In this document: positions 27,786 to 39,930 of the stretch, piece by piece
How the letters are laid out: each line of letters begins with the position of its first letter
Numbering within the stretch: position 1 is the first letter of the stretch
Assembly (NCBI RefSeq): GCF_009914755.1
Contig: NC_060925.1
DNA length: 64,000 nt
Direction: 5' to 3' (one strand)
DNA from: the human T2T-CHM13v2.0 reference genome, Homo sapiens
Made by a program: the position numbers and the translations under genes
Notes under the pieces: generated by a model
Database searches by the model: none
What the model was told of the DNA's origin: nothing
Seen by the model: only the letters and a program-made list of their open reading frames with translations

Positions 27786-28047
27786 CTTTTTTTTTTTTTT
27801 TTTTTTTGAGAGGGAGTCCCACTCTGTCACTCAGGCCGGAGTGCCGTGGTGCGATCTCTGCTCACTGCAACCTCCGCCTCCCAAGTTCAAGTGATTCTCC
27901 TACCTTAGCCTCCTAAATAGCTGGGATTACAGGCACCTGCCACCATGCCCAGCTAATTTTTTTGTATTTTTAGTAGAGAAGGGGTTTCACCATGTTGGCC
28001 AGGCCAGTTTCAAACTCCTGACCTCAAGTGATCCGCTGCCTTGGCCT
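27786..28047 (-). mobile_element. AluS, 5'-truncated
   Basis: Poly-T, then Alu body ending at ttggcct; lacks the first ~35 nt. Confidence 0.92.
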
Positions 28048-28320
28048 GAAATGCAGAGATACCTTGTGTTAGATAAATAATAGTGGCTTCATGAAATAAA
28101 GGTTTTTTTTATGTAAGTTGTAACACTTTATGCATTAGGATTAGGTTAGAGAGTCTGTACCATTTAGTCATTCAAGGATCTAGGCTGCTTTTATGTAGAT
28201 TCTTTGTAGTACTGTAAGATTTCAGAGTCCTACTGCATTGCCTGAATTTAGCTGCTAGATGAAGAGAGAGAATGTGTAAGACTGTCCACAGAGTTTATGG
28301 CCAGGCCTAGAAGTGACAAG

Positions 28321-28344
28321 TGTGTGTGTGTGTGTGTGTGTGTG
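28321..28344. repeat. (TG)12 microsatellite
   Basis: Direct read. Confidence 0.95.
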
Positions 28345-28706
28345 AATGTGTGTGCCTGTGTGCTACATTGGTTAAATAGTGCTGGTGAGATGCTGGTGGT
28401 TATGTGGGGGTATAGAAAGATTCACTGAAAATGATCAATTAAAGCAAACTGGGGAACTTCATTTATTTTAGAGTTTCAATATTATTCAGAAAGCTTTTTT
28501 ATTCCTTTCAAACCACCCTGTCATATCTTCTCTTTGGATTTATTTTGCATTATCTAGGCAACTTGTACATGGATGTCCTTAGTCTCAGAAGTCTTCTGCT
28601 TTAACTATTTCTGCAATTTGGAGGCTTTGCATTTTTAAATAAAAAAGCACAGTAAGATATGACTCTCATTTGTGTTAGAAGAAATAAATCACAAATAAGA
28701 TATGTA

Positions 28707-29522
28707 TTAATATTTCAGACCAAGATTTTTCATAGAATAAAAACTACTTGTGTTTTTCTTGCCCTTCATGTTTCTCAAGAAATAATACACTTGGAAAAGG
28801 TACATTGAGATTTCATTTATTTTCATAATTATATTTTTGACCATTATTAAAACACATTTTGACATCTGTCTCTTAAGAATTGTTTTAATAAGAAACACAA
28901 TGGTATACATTGAGTATTTGTATTTATTTGAATAAAAAGTTGGTAACATTACAGGTTTTAAAAACTTAATCTTCCCAACTATATTAAAGAAAGCAAGCAG
29001 AAAAAGTAGATCTAAAGCATCCTTAATCAAACATAATTAGGTGAACCGGTGTAAAATATTTCTTGACACTCCCTTTAATAATACCTGTGTTCCAGTTAAA
29101 CAGATTTTTTAAAACTTACTTCCATACTGCCACACACTCTCATTTGTGGCTCTAAATGTGAATATACCACCTCATATTTCGTACCAGAAAAACAGAACTC
29201 CTACTCATGAGTCAATGGCCAGATCAACTGTTTTTTCCTCTGTGGAATTATTACTGTTCCTTCATACAGATTATTTTTGACAATTAAAAAATACAAGTAG
29301 CTTTTAATAATGACAGCATCTTACAAAATTTCAAAATAAATAACATTTTTCTCCTGCTCAAATAAAATCTCCATTTGTCACCTTTCCTTGGATCTTTTGA
29401 CTTGATGTTCATCAGCCCTCCTGGGATCAGCCTGACCCCACAGAGTTGGATTCTTCTCTTTTCCGTCCTGGTCTGCCACTGGCCTTCCAGGTTGCCTTAA
29501 TGCCCAGATCACTTGGTTTATG
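28707..29522 (-). pseudogene. Three phase-compatible relict exons (29382-29522, 29120-29259, 28978 to ~28707)
   Basis: Donors AAG|gtgaca and GAA|gtaagt; strong acceptor tttttctgcttgctttctttaatatag| at 28979. Spliced frame is about 184 codons with two internal TGA and ends in the frame of track ORF 28707..29030. Confidence 0.55.
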
Positions 29523-29849
29523 CTAAAAGTATGCTACTTGATAAAAAGTTTTCTTTTATCTTGGAAATATTAATAAGCAAACCAACTCTATACATGTTAC
29601 ATAAAACCAGAAAACAGTGATTCTCAATTAAGGCAATGTTAGTAATTATATAGTCTGCTATACCAGGACATACATGGGTGTCCTAAATTCTCAGGTATAA
29701 GGAAGAGCCAGGATTGAGGAAACATAGAAACTTAGGTAAGAAATAATAAATAGAACAAACTATAATAATGAACAGAGCAAGGTGTAAGTTTTTATATGTA
29801 TCCATAAGATTAGCAACTGAGAATCTTGGCAGAGTAATAGGACTATATA

Positions 29850-29994
29850 TAGGGTGACTATATAATTTATTGCCAAAAGCAGGACTCTTTTGAGAGTGAA
29901 AGGTTGTGCTATTAACAGGTGCCCTGCAGGATTACAGGCATAAATCAGGACTTTCTGTGGCCAACTAGCCCCAGATGAACATATGGTCACCATA
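29850..29994. mobile_element. MER94/MER81-like hAT-Blackjack miniature element
   Basis: Terminal inverted repeats TAGGGTGACTATAT...ATATGGTCACCATA. Confidence 0.7.
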
Positions 29995-32167
29995 AATTAA
30001 GCAGATGATGAAAGAATTAGGCGACAGCAAGTAGATCTGAACAGGTAGATAGAATTTATTTAACCTAAAAGCAAAGGTCATGGGAAATTTTTCAGAGCAA
30101 AGTAGGGAAGAGAAACGGGAACAAGGGCAGCCAGTTCTAAGCAAGGTGCATTATTAAGCCCGCTCAGTAGGTGATGGAAGTTCAATCCCCTGGACAAACT
30201 GAAAAACGAGGGAGCCAAAACTTACGCTCTAGAATTACCCTACCAATGAAGTGAGGGAATTGTGGTATTAAGACTCCAACTCTTAAGAGTCATTGAGGGT
30301 TGCTCCTGAAGGAGAATTCATCTTTGTTTGTTGGAAGCTTTCTGAGGTTTTGAGAAAAAAGCCCTCAGGCCCAGAACTGCAGACGCTGGCAGCTGGAAGT
30401 CTGTGACAGAGGTATGAGTGTGTCCCCCAGAACACCAGCTATGTATTTCTATTTCTGTGGTCACAGCCCAAAACAAAGTGGCCATGAAGGCTAGTTGTAG
30501 CTTGAGAAAGATAAACTATCCTAGGTAAAATGATGTTTGCTAATCATTTTTGATTGATCAGTATTCCTGGGATGACACAATCTTTGCTTGTTACCTCGTC
30601 TTGTCCTAGAAATTGGTCCTCGTTTTAGGAGAGTTTAAAATAGACTGGTAAACATTTAAAAATATTTCAAAGAAGTTTTAAATTCAAATTTCATAATTAT
30701 ATAACTGAATATGAGGCAGTTTTCTTAGGTGATTCTTTAGAGTTTTAAAAGAGTTTTTTTAATGTAGAAGAAAAGCAGGGGATTGGACTAGAAGGAAATA
30801 TGACAACTGTTTCAAAACACCCACATATTGAGGGGACTATGTGGGAGGCCTGTTGGGAGGCTTCTCTATTACATTTCTAAACTGATAATTTGCTTAATTC
30901 TGAGACTACTCTTAAACTCCAGTGAGAATTTGGACATTGTTTTTACTGTAGAAAAAGATTTCAAATGAAATATTTTTTATGGCCATCTCCAGTATGGTGT
31001 TATTTAATGTTACCACAGTATTTGAGACTGTTTTTTCCAGTGTAATTTTTAAAGGAAAATAGTTATATTGAGTGTAATAAGTGAATTTAGGAATTATATT
31101 CTTTTTTTTGTTTGTTTGCAGTTTTCCTTTTCAAACCAATTTCTTTAGTGCCAGACCAGTGGTGTGGGACTTAGAAGGGTATAGGACATATTTGATCAGG
31201 AAGAGCTGGGGACAAGGACCTAGGGAAGCCCAATACAGTGAGAATATGAATTAGGTACAGATCTCATTGCTAAAACTGAGAATTCAGACATGCAAATAGA
31301 ATCTAACATTTATTCAAAGGATATGTAGAAGCTAACAGGACTATGTAATTGTACAGATAAGTCAGCACCAGGTATATGCAGCCAAGGTAGAGAGAATATT
31401 TATTATATATGGAGATCCAGAATTACGGTGATTGGCAGGATGGACTCTAGCCTCAGAGCTAGAATACAGAGTTGGTCTCTTGGCCAAGGAAGAGAGTTTG
31501 GAAGAAATCATGAGTACAACTCACAGCTCCAGTTCTTTTCTTTCGACCTAGGTACAAGATAGCATGATTGGAAATCATTCCTGGAGCTGGATTTGAGCTC
31601 GGTAGTTTGGCAGAAGCCCAAGGACCAGGATTGGAGCACTGGGGGAATGTCAGGAAGAGCAAGACGAGTTGATGTTGAATCTTAACTCTGTCAGTATCTA
31701 GAGCTAAGTCTGGCTTTATGGATTAAATGTTCCAGCTGAGTGTAAAAGAGAATATAGCAGCAGGGAGGCACACATGCCGGTACATTTGGTTTTAGAATAC
31801 TTGCCTCAAACAGCATTTCCCTAAGGATGTTTCATGGGTCACTGTTCTTGTGAGATGCTCTGTGAAAGAAGAGCTTTATTCCTACAATCAGACTGGGAAA
31901 TGCTACTTATCTTATCCCCTTTTTGAAGAAGCACACTGCACATTTCCATGTTAAAAGTTCTGAGAATTCCTGCAGTAAAGAAAGATTTTTCCATCTGGTA
32001 CCTGGGATATTGCCATCCTACGGAACCAGATTTCTGTGTAATACACATTGAGAGTGGCTGGATTACAGGACCCTTTTTGCAGTGGCAGTCTTTAGAGGCT
32101 GAAAGTAGCTTTGTAAAGCTTTGTAAAGACTTAAATGGGTAAAGGCTAGAAACACTCTATCAATTAC

Positions 32168-32864
32168 ATCTTGAAGAAATTGAGATTTGGTAAGTCTATT
32201 AAGAGAGGAAAACAGAGCCTGATTCAAAAACACTTTTGGGTTGTCATTAAGATAAAGGTCGTCAGAGGTAAAAGGAATGGGGCATCCTGGTTTTATTCTT
32301 TGCTAATAGAAATCAGGAAACAAAAGATACCAGCTAGATTGCATTGGTGTGGCTTTAACTAGGAGATGAACAGAAATGGAAAGAGGCGGATGTTTCAGGT
32401 GCTTCCTATTTCAGCATGTTATCTCTATTCTTTATAAGAACCAGTCTTAAGTCAACTGAGCTGAACACTGGAAGAAGACAATAACTAACGTTGAGCCTGT
32501 GTTGGGGGTGTGAATAGGGATATCTGGAGACCTTGATCAGAGAGCACTCTCTGTTAGTGGCATTTATAATACACAATTAAGCCATTAAAACGGGATAGCA
32601 CATATTCAACTAATATTTCTCTAGCATTAACCTAATATTAAGTTTATAGGCTGTTCTTATTAAAATTTTTGAAAATCAATGTTTCCTAGAGACATACTAG
32701 AAGAATTGTTACTGACTTACGGGATCATTGGTGTACCACGTAAGATATAAGCTGTTTTTGTTTTGACTGAATTTTTCTTTTTTAAATATAATTTGCATTA
32801 TTTTGAGGATTCATTATGCTTCGATTTATCTGACTTGCATCAAGAATTATGAAAATATCAATCT
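32168..32864 (-). pseudogene. Relict exons 32721-32864, 32490-32550 and 32168-32358
   Basis: Donors |gtaagt (32720), |gttagt and |gtaatt; strong acceptor ctctttccatttctgttcatctcctag|. The last two exons join in phase: RVLSDQ...PDFY*QRIKPGCPIPF...PKVFLNQALFSSLNRLTKSQFLQD, with one TAG. Confidence 0.5.
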
Positions 32865-33277
32865 CTAAAATTTTATATTTAATCAAGCCACTGTAGGAGT
32901 GTAGGTATCATGAGTTTGTCCACATATCTATATATCAATTAGATATTTATATTTGCAACAGCATCTCTCTTTCTCTGTATTTACAAAATGTTATAATTTG
33001 ACTGGGAAAAGCTCCCCACTTGTTTTGTATTCAACAAAAATGATTTTGTTCTATTAGAGATATTAATCTAAATAGTCATTAATATTACTATTATAAATTC
33101 TCTATTATTTATAATCTAGGCCCAATTTTAATAAAGGCATTTTAAGTATATATATGTGGGCCTTATATATCAGATATATAGGATATATATATTAAGATAT
33201 ATGTATATGCACTTAAACTTTATCAGGTAATTTACAGATTTTATAGTGTTAAATTAGAAAAGAACCATCTGATTCCC

Positions 33278-35060
33278 TCACTGAAGGTTATTATTTTTTA
33301 ATAAAAGCACTGCACTGATGTGCATGTTTAGAATTAAATTAACTATTAAATGAGCCCAGGGAGAAGCAGCTTCTTTATTCAATATGGTTTCAAAAATCTT
33401 CATGTAAGAAAATAGGTAACTTTTGTGCTAGCATCTGAGGTGTAATTCGAGGAAATTGTTCCATAATTCAGAAATCATCCTTGCTTTAAACATGCTTCCA
33501 AAATTTGTGTTACAATGAATATCTCTAAAATCTGAACACTAAATGCTTCCAAAATTTGCAGCATTCATGATGTCTTTTATATGCTTCCATTCTTTATGTC
33601 CTTTCATTTCTCAGTGCAAACAGACAAACTAGATCAGTTTACTATCATAGAATAAAATAAAAGGGCTTTTGGAGCCATAAATTATCTTTAAGAATTTTTA
33701 AGCTTTTGGCAAATGTTCATTAACTGTACCTCCTACCAGCTCTGTGAGTAGTCACAGTAAGCATGTCATAACACCCATATTATGGAGAATAAAATTGAAT
33801 AAACATTTGAAAGGAAAAAGATGGAGTACATAGCTTCTCTCCCTGTAAATATTTTCACATATACATAGAATAAAGTTGTATTTATTTAATACACTGAATT
33901 CCAAGCCTAACCTACTTTTTGCATAAAGCACTTTTATAATGTCTTGAGTTCAAAAATTTAAATTTTATTAAATTTTATGGAGCCCATCTTGTTGATAAAA
34001 CTATAAACCTGTCAGTTAGTTTATGCTTACTAATATTTGACAGTGAGAAGGCAGAGGGCAGAGGTGGTTGACAGCAAGGTGGAAAAGATGGGACAAGTAA
34101 AACACAGGCAGAAGATGGTTTGCAGTGAGGTAGAAACATGTATTCAGCAGGGAATCAGAGTAAGAGATGAAACATATTTCTTGGAGTTTGGACAAGGTGG
34201 GAAAGGTCAGATGTTGGACGTGGTGATCTTTGCAGTTAGTTGAGTGTGAGCAGCCCAGTGTGAGAAAAGAGAAACAGGGAATATGGCAGAGGTGGTTCCA
34301 AAGAACAAGAGTTAAAAGGAGAGCAAAAGGGAGCCAGTAATGAGGGAGAGGGAGGAGAAGGGAAAGGAGAGATTAGTGCAACTGTTAGGATTTCAGAATT
34401 TTCTGATTTGTATTGTGTTATATAATTTTCTCATCACTCCCACTTCAAGAAAAGACAAAGAAAGATCCGTGCCCTCGCCTTTTGTTGTTGTTGGGTGGGA
34501 AGGGGTTTGATTTATGTTTTTTTCTTATGACACATCCATGCTGAGGCGAGCCTTGAATTAGTCCAGTCGTGAGCATTTTGAATTTGTAAGTTCAGAGAGC
34601 CAAAGAAACTCATGCATGAAATTTCAGCCTGGAGATTAGATTTTCCTCCAACCTCCAAAGCCTTCTCAAATTGTAAGAAATCGAATGACTTCTGAAATGG
34701 GAAGTAGAGAATGACACTTGAGGATTTTGGATTTTTTTTTTTTCTTTGCACGTTCCTCTGGGGAGAGAGCTGCAGTTGTGAGCATGCCAATTAAGTCAGT
34801 ATCAGAACACCTAATGGAGGTCTCATTCTCAGGAAATGGGACAATCTTGTGGAGAGTATAATATCAGCAGAACAGGAGGAAAAAATGAATTTTAGTTAGA
34901 ATACCCTCACTGGAATGTAATAGAGGAAGGAAGTCTGAGAGTTGAAAAAATGCCAGGAATTTAGTAAGAGTCTCCCGGTGTCCCTCACTGGGGATTTTTG
35001 TGACCTCAAAGACACAGAGAGCTTTCATTATGTGCCAGAATGCCTGATGGTCCAAGAATT
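33278..35060 (-). pseudogene. Relict exons ~34905-35060, 34534-34691, 33730-33779 and 33609 to ~33278
   Basis: Acceptors ctctatgttgctctgtaag| and cattctctacttcccatttcag| open into the frames of track ORFs 34864..35055 and 34512..34790. From 33609 downward about 110 codons carry two TAG. Confidence 0.5.
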
Positions 35061-35579
35061 CTTACAGAGCAACATAGAGAGTTATTGAGAATTTGGTGAC
35101 GAATGAGGGTAGAATTAAGAATGCAAAAGTTTTATCAGTGGGACAGGCGCATTAATGGAGGACAGAGATAGGCAAATTTCTCCTCTCCTACTTCAGGACT
35201 TACAGGAGCCAGCTTTGGGTTTGGGTTGCAACAGTGGCTATTGATTAGGTATAGGAAATGAGAGACAGAGAGAAAGAGAGAACTCAAAGGTCACTCATAG
35301 TTTTGAGCATTGCAAATGAGGATAATAGTATCGCCAGTTATAACACACAGAAGACAAGAAAACACTTTGTTGAAGAAGGGTGATTTTGATGTTGGATAGA
35401 TTGCTTTTGAAATTCTGGTTGGCCTTCAAGGGGGAGCTCTCAGGCAAGTCAAATTTGGAAATTGATGAAAAAAAATTAAAGCTAGAACTCTCATAAATGA
35501 GATTCTTGGAGCTAGGTATAAGATCACCAGAGAGGGACTGAGGGACAAAGGTGGAAGAGACTGAACATAAGAACTTTGG

Positions 35580-36560
35580 GAAGAGCTGCCTTCAGGATAC
35601 CACTAAGGGAGTGAAAAGAAAAGCTACAGAGCAGGAGAAGATAATTATAACATGTGTAACTGACAACAGATTCTTATCCAAAATATATAAAATACTCCTA
35701 GGAATCAATAAGAAAACTACAGTAAACCCGATAGAAAAAGGGGCAAAAGTCTTCAGCACATTACAAATGGTATGTTTGTATAATGGATTTGTATCCATTA
35801 ATTGGATCCACATGGCCAATTAATATATGAAAAGATATGTGACTTCATCAGCCATTAGGAAAATAAAGATTAAAACTGCAATGAGCTAAAACAGAATGGA
35901 AAAAAGAATATACCAAATGTTAGAAAAGATGTGAAAAAATAGAACTCTCATACAGTGTTGTAAATTGTCATAGTCATGTTGGAAAACTGTTTTGCTCCCT
36001 TTCCTACAGCTGAATATATGCACATCCTATGACCTGGCAGCTCCTTATTTGTATATATACAAGATAAATATGTTCATGTTCACCAAAAATCATGTTATGT
36101 TTTTAGTGGCACCATTCAAGTTGAAAATTATCCAACTTCCCATAAACAGTAAAATGGGCAAATAAGTTTTGATCTATTCATACAAAAAAATATTTTACAG
36201 CACTGATAATGAACAACTATTGCAATACCTTCTCCTACTAATGTGTCTCAGAAATGTAAGATCGAGGGAAAGAAGTAGGTAGAAAAAAGTATATCTTGTA
36301 TATATTTTTAAAATTAAACACAAAAACAGGGAAAATAAATCTACGGTGACTGGTGGTGAAGCTAGTTGCCCTTGAGAGGAAGAGTGACTAAGAAGAAATA
36401 TGGGAGCAGAAAGAGGCAGATGTTTGTGTTATGCTGCTCTTTTATTTTGTTGAGTGTGTTCTGGTTATTCAGGTGGGTTTGGTTTGGGAAAATCCATTGA
36501 GCTCTACTCTTATGATTTGTGTAATTTTCTGATGTATGTTTTACTTTAACAAAAAGTTAT
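35580..36560 (+). mobile_element. Old L1M ORF2 C-terminal and 3' fragment
   Basis: tatccaaaatatataaaatactccta, catcagccattaggaaaataaagattaaaac and cctatgacctggcag. Confidence 0.7.
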
Positions 36561-36788
36561 TGTGTGATTCCCAGCAACATAAACATAAGAATTAGGAAAC
36601 AGCACGTAGAAAAAAAATCCTAGTTTCCTTTTAAAAACTGATAGTAGAAAACATTTCTTTTAAAAATGATAGTAGAAAACATGAATTCTCATTCACTCAT
36701 TCGTTACATAATAAAAACAAATTGAATAAATGTGATATGATTTTCCCCTCCAAACTCTGGGAAAGTTTGGTGACATTATGTGAAAATA

Positions 36789-37111
36789 GAGTCAGCCTTC
36801 TCTATGTGTGAGTTCTGCGTTCACAGTTTCAACCAACCACAGATTGAAAATATTTGAAAAAAATATTGTGTATATACTGAACATGTGCAGACTTTTCTTA
36901 TTATTTTCTAAATAATACAGTATAACTATATAGCATTTACATTGTATTAGGTATTATACATAATAGGCACATATTTAAAGAATATGAGAGGATATGCATA
37001 GGTTATATGCAAATACCATGCCATTTTATAACAGGGACTTAAACATCCACAGAGTCAGGTATCTGTGGGAGGTCCTGCAACCAATCCCACGTGGGTACCG
37101 AAGGACAACTA
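36789..37111. mobile_element. MER2 (TcMar-Tigger)
   Basis: ttcaaccaaccacagattgaaaatatttg and ggaggtcctgcaaccaatccc; TA flanks. Confidence 0.85.
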
Positions 37112-37264
37112 TACCTGAATACAAAAGCAGGGTATTCCATAGTGTGACTCAAAATTCACTGTGTATATTTTTAGGCTATAGTTGACACATACATTTTATT
37201 AAGGAATTTAATGGAAACATTAGGTAATGAACTGGTTAGAGACAGAAGATTAAAATGTGAATTA

Positions 37265-37570
37265 CAGTAATCCCTCCTTACCACAGGGAATAGATTCCAA
37301 GACTAGTGGCTATCTACAACAACGAATTGGTACCAAGCCCTATACATACTATGTCTTTTTCCTTACATACATACACACATGCCTATGATACAGTTTAATT
37401 TACAAATTAGGTACCGTAAGAAAGTAACAATAATAACTGATCCATTATAACACTATACTGTAATAAAGGTTGTGTGAATGTGGTCTTTCTCTCTCTCAAA
37501 ATATCTTGTGCTGTACCATGGGTAACTGAAACCACAGAAAACAAAACTTCAGATAAAGGGGGGACTACTG
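37265..37570. mobile_element. MER44-like (Tigger7 derivative)
   Basis: TA|CAGTAATCCCTCCTTA...GATAAAGGGGGGACTACTG|TA. Confidence 0.85.
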
Positions 37571-38094
37571 TAGAATTTTCTGCGGGCAGTAAAATTTAAT
37601 TGAAAATTGTTTCTGAATTTACTAGCCCTGTGTAGACATGGTCATGTCACTTGATGCTGCCAGGTTTCCACTACTAACATGCCTTAAAGTAATTCTTGGT
37701 TATTTTTGGTGTATAATTCACATATTCAACTTCAGAACCTATGAGATTCCCAGGTTTGTTCCTAAAAACTCTGTATGCACAGATCATAATCCTGGGTTGT
37801 CCCTAGCTTGGCCAGGAAAATACTTACAGAAATCCATTTGGAGGATAGGTGCTCTAAGTACCTGAATTTACATCTCATGAGGAGAATTGCGGTGTACAAT
37901 CATCTACATCATTGAGTCTCCTTAAGACAATCTGTGTTTCCAGAGCTAAAGGAAACTCACTGTACCAGGTTCCCTTCTCAGATCAGACAAAAGAAGGCTT
38001 GGCAAGTAATGAAAAGCATTGCACAGCTTACTTCTTTAATAAAACCCTGGAAGTGGTGAACAAGTTCTTAAAAGAACTATTCCTTGATAGATGC

Positions 38095-38505
38095 TGTTAT
38101 GGTTTGAGTGTCCCTGCCAAAATTCATGTTGCAGTTTAATTGTCAACGTAATGAAGTTGGGATTGCCAATGCAAGAGGTGGTTGCGTCATGGGAGTTTGC
38201 CCTCATGAATGGATTAACGCAGTTCTCATGAGACTGGGCTAATTCTTCAGGGAATGGATTAGTTCCTACAAGAGCAGGGTGCTATAAAGCAAGGTTGCCT
38301 TTATGTTTTTCTGTTCCATTTTGCACACTCCTACGTCCCCTTCCACTCTCTGCCATGAGTTGAAGCAGCATGAGGCACTCACCAGATAGGCTGCCTGATC
38401 TTGGAATTCCCAGACTTCAGAACTGTGAGCCAAATAAACTTCTTTTTTTAAAAAATTACCCAGTCTCAAGTACTCTATTGTAGCAGCAGAAAATGGACTA
38501 GGACA
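38095..38505 (+). mobile_element. MST-type MaLR solo LTR
   Basis: TGTTATGGTTTGAGTGTCCC...aaattacccagtctcaag...aaatggactaggACA. Confidence 0.85.
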
Positions 38506-38627
38506 GATTAATTAGTTACTATAGTTCTTTTATGATGTAAGTTCCCAGGTTATACATGTTTTAATAATCCAGAATCATATTTAGAAAGAAGAATATCCAT
38601 TTCTTTCCATGAAAAAGAACCAGGTTG

Positions 38628-38629
<2 letters not shown>

Positions 38630-38665
<36 letters not shown>

Positions 38666-38715
38666 TGTGTGTGTGTATATATATATGTGTATATATGTAT
38701 GTGTATATATATGTG
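38630..38715. repeat. Compound (TACA)n/(TA)n/(TG)n microsatellite
   Basis: Direct read. Confidence 0.9.
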
Positions 38716-39399
38716 ATCATCTTTATATATTCTCTGATTCACAGGCTTGCACAAACCTGTAAGCTCAAAATTTTTAAGTTATTTCCCCTTCAGTGAGAAT
38801 TACTATTTAACCTTTTTGCTTATGTTGTCTGTTGAATTTTAAAGACATGAGAAAAAATAGGCATTAATAAAATTTAAGTAATGCCCACTTCTTAGTTGCC
38901 ATCCTTTTTAAAGGATGCAGTATTATTTTCTAGTTGAAAAAATAACATTTTAAGAAATAAAAGAGTTGAATTTTGTCCTCTTTTATAGCTTTGCTATTTA
39001 GAAATGATTGTTTTGTTAGTTATGCCTCCTGCTGAATCATTTCTGATGTGTCTGTTCCTTGGTTAGCTCACAGACCTGACAGCCTCATTAGTTCTTGATG
39101 GTCTGCTTTCTTGAACGTGGTTACCATCAGCTCCCTATTGGGATTAAAGTAATTTTTATCTCTGAAAATCTGTCTAGCATACACAGATCCTCCTGCAGAC
39201 ATCTATGATTTTCAGTAACTACTTTCATAGCCTGTAGGAGTGGCACGCACAATCATGAACATGACTTTCCTTCCCTCCCTTCCTTCTTCTCCTCTTCCCT
39301 GTTTATTTCTCTGTAATAACCATAGATCTTTATATGTTCAAATTAGTCAGTTAAGTTAACATTTGCTATTTTGAAGCAATAAAGCAACAGAAAGCCCTA

Positions 39400-39930
39400 A
39401 TGATTTTTCTTCCCAATATTCATTTATACATCCCCTCTACCTCTTTCAAAACAGAGCCCAGATTTTTTTCATGTATTTTCTTCTCCACACAAGCTTCAGA
39501 GGAAGTTGCTTAATCTCCACCCACGGAGAGGTGGGTACGCTTGTGCTCAAACCAGTTGTTACTGGCCCCATTTCCCTTGCTGGTGATGATTTTAGACATT
39601 GACCAATGAAATCAGAGGTGAGGCCTGCTGGGAAGTTTCTGGGGTTGCTTTTTCATTGCTAAGAAGTGTCTTTTTCTTTTGCATGTTATTGTGTCTGAAT
39701 GTTTGGGCAGGGATTGCTGTGGATGTACAGTATTTTCTTTGTGAGAGGAACCAGGCTGAGGATCAAGTTAACCAATTCAGAAGTCAGAGTGGCAAGTTGA
39801 TGAGGATCTGGTCCTTGATAACATTATTGAGCCATTGAATTAACTGGTCCTATAGTCACCACACTTCTGGACTCTTTTTAATTTGATGTAACAAAACTTG
39901 TTTTTATTTAAACTACTTTTCACTGTGTTT
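39400..39930 (+). mobile_element. Old MLT1 (J/K-like) LTR
   Basis: gaccaatgaaatcagagg...ctgctgggaagtttctggg and ccttgataacattattgagccattgaattaac. Confidence 0.55.
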
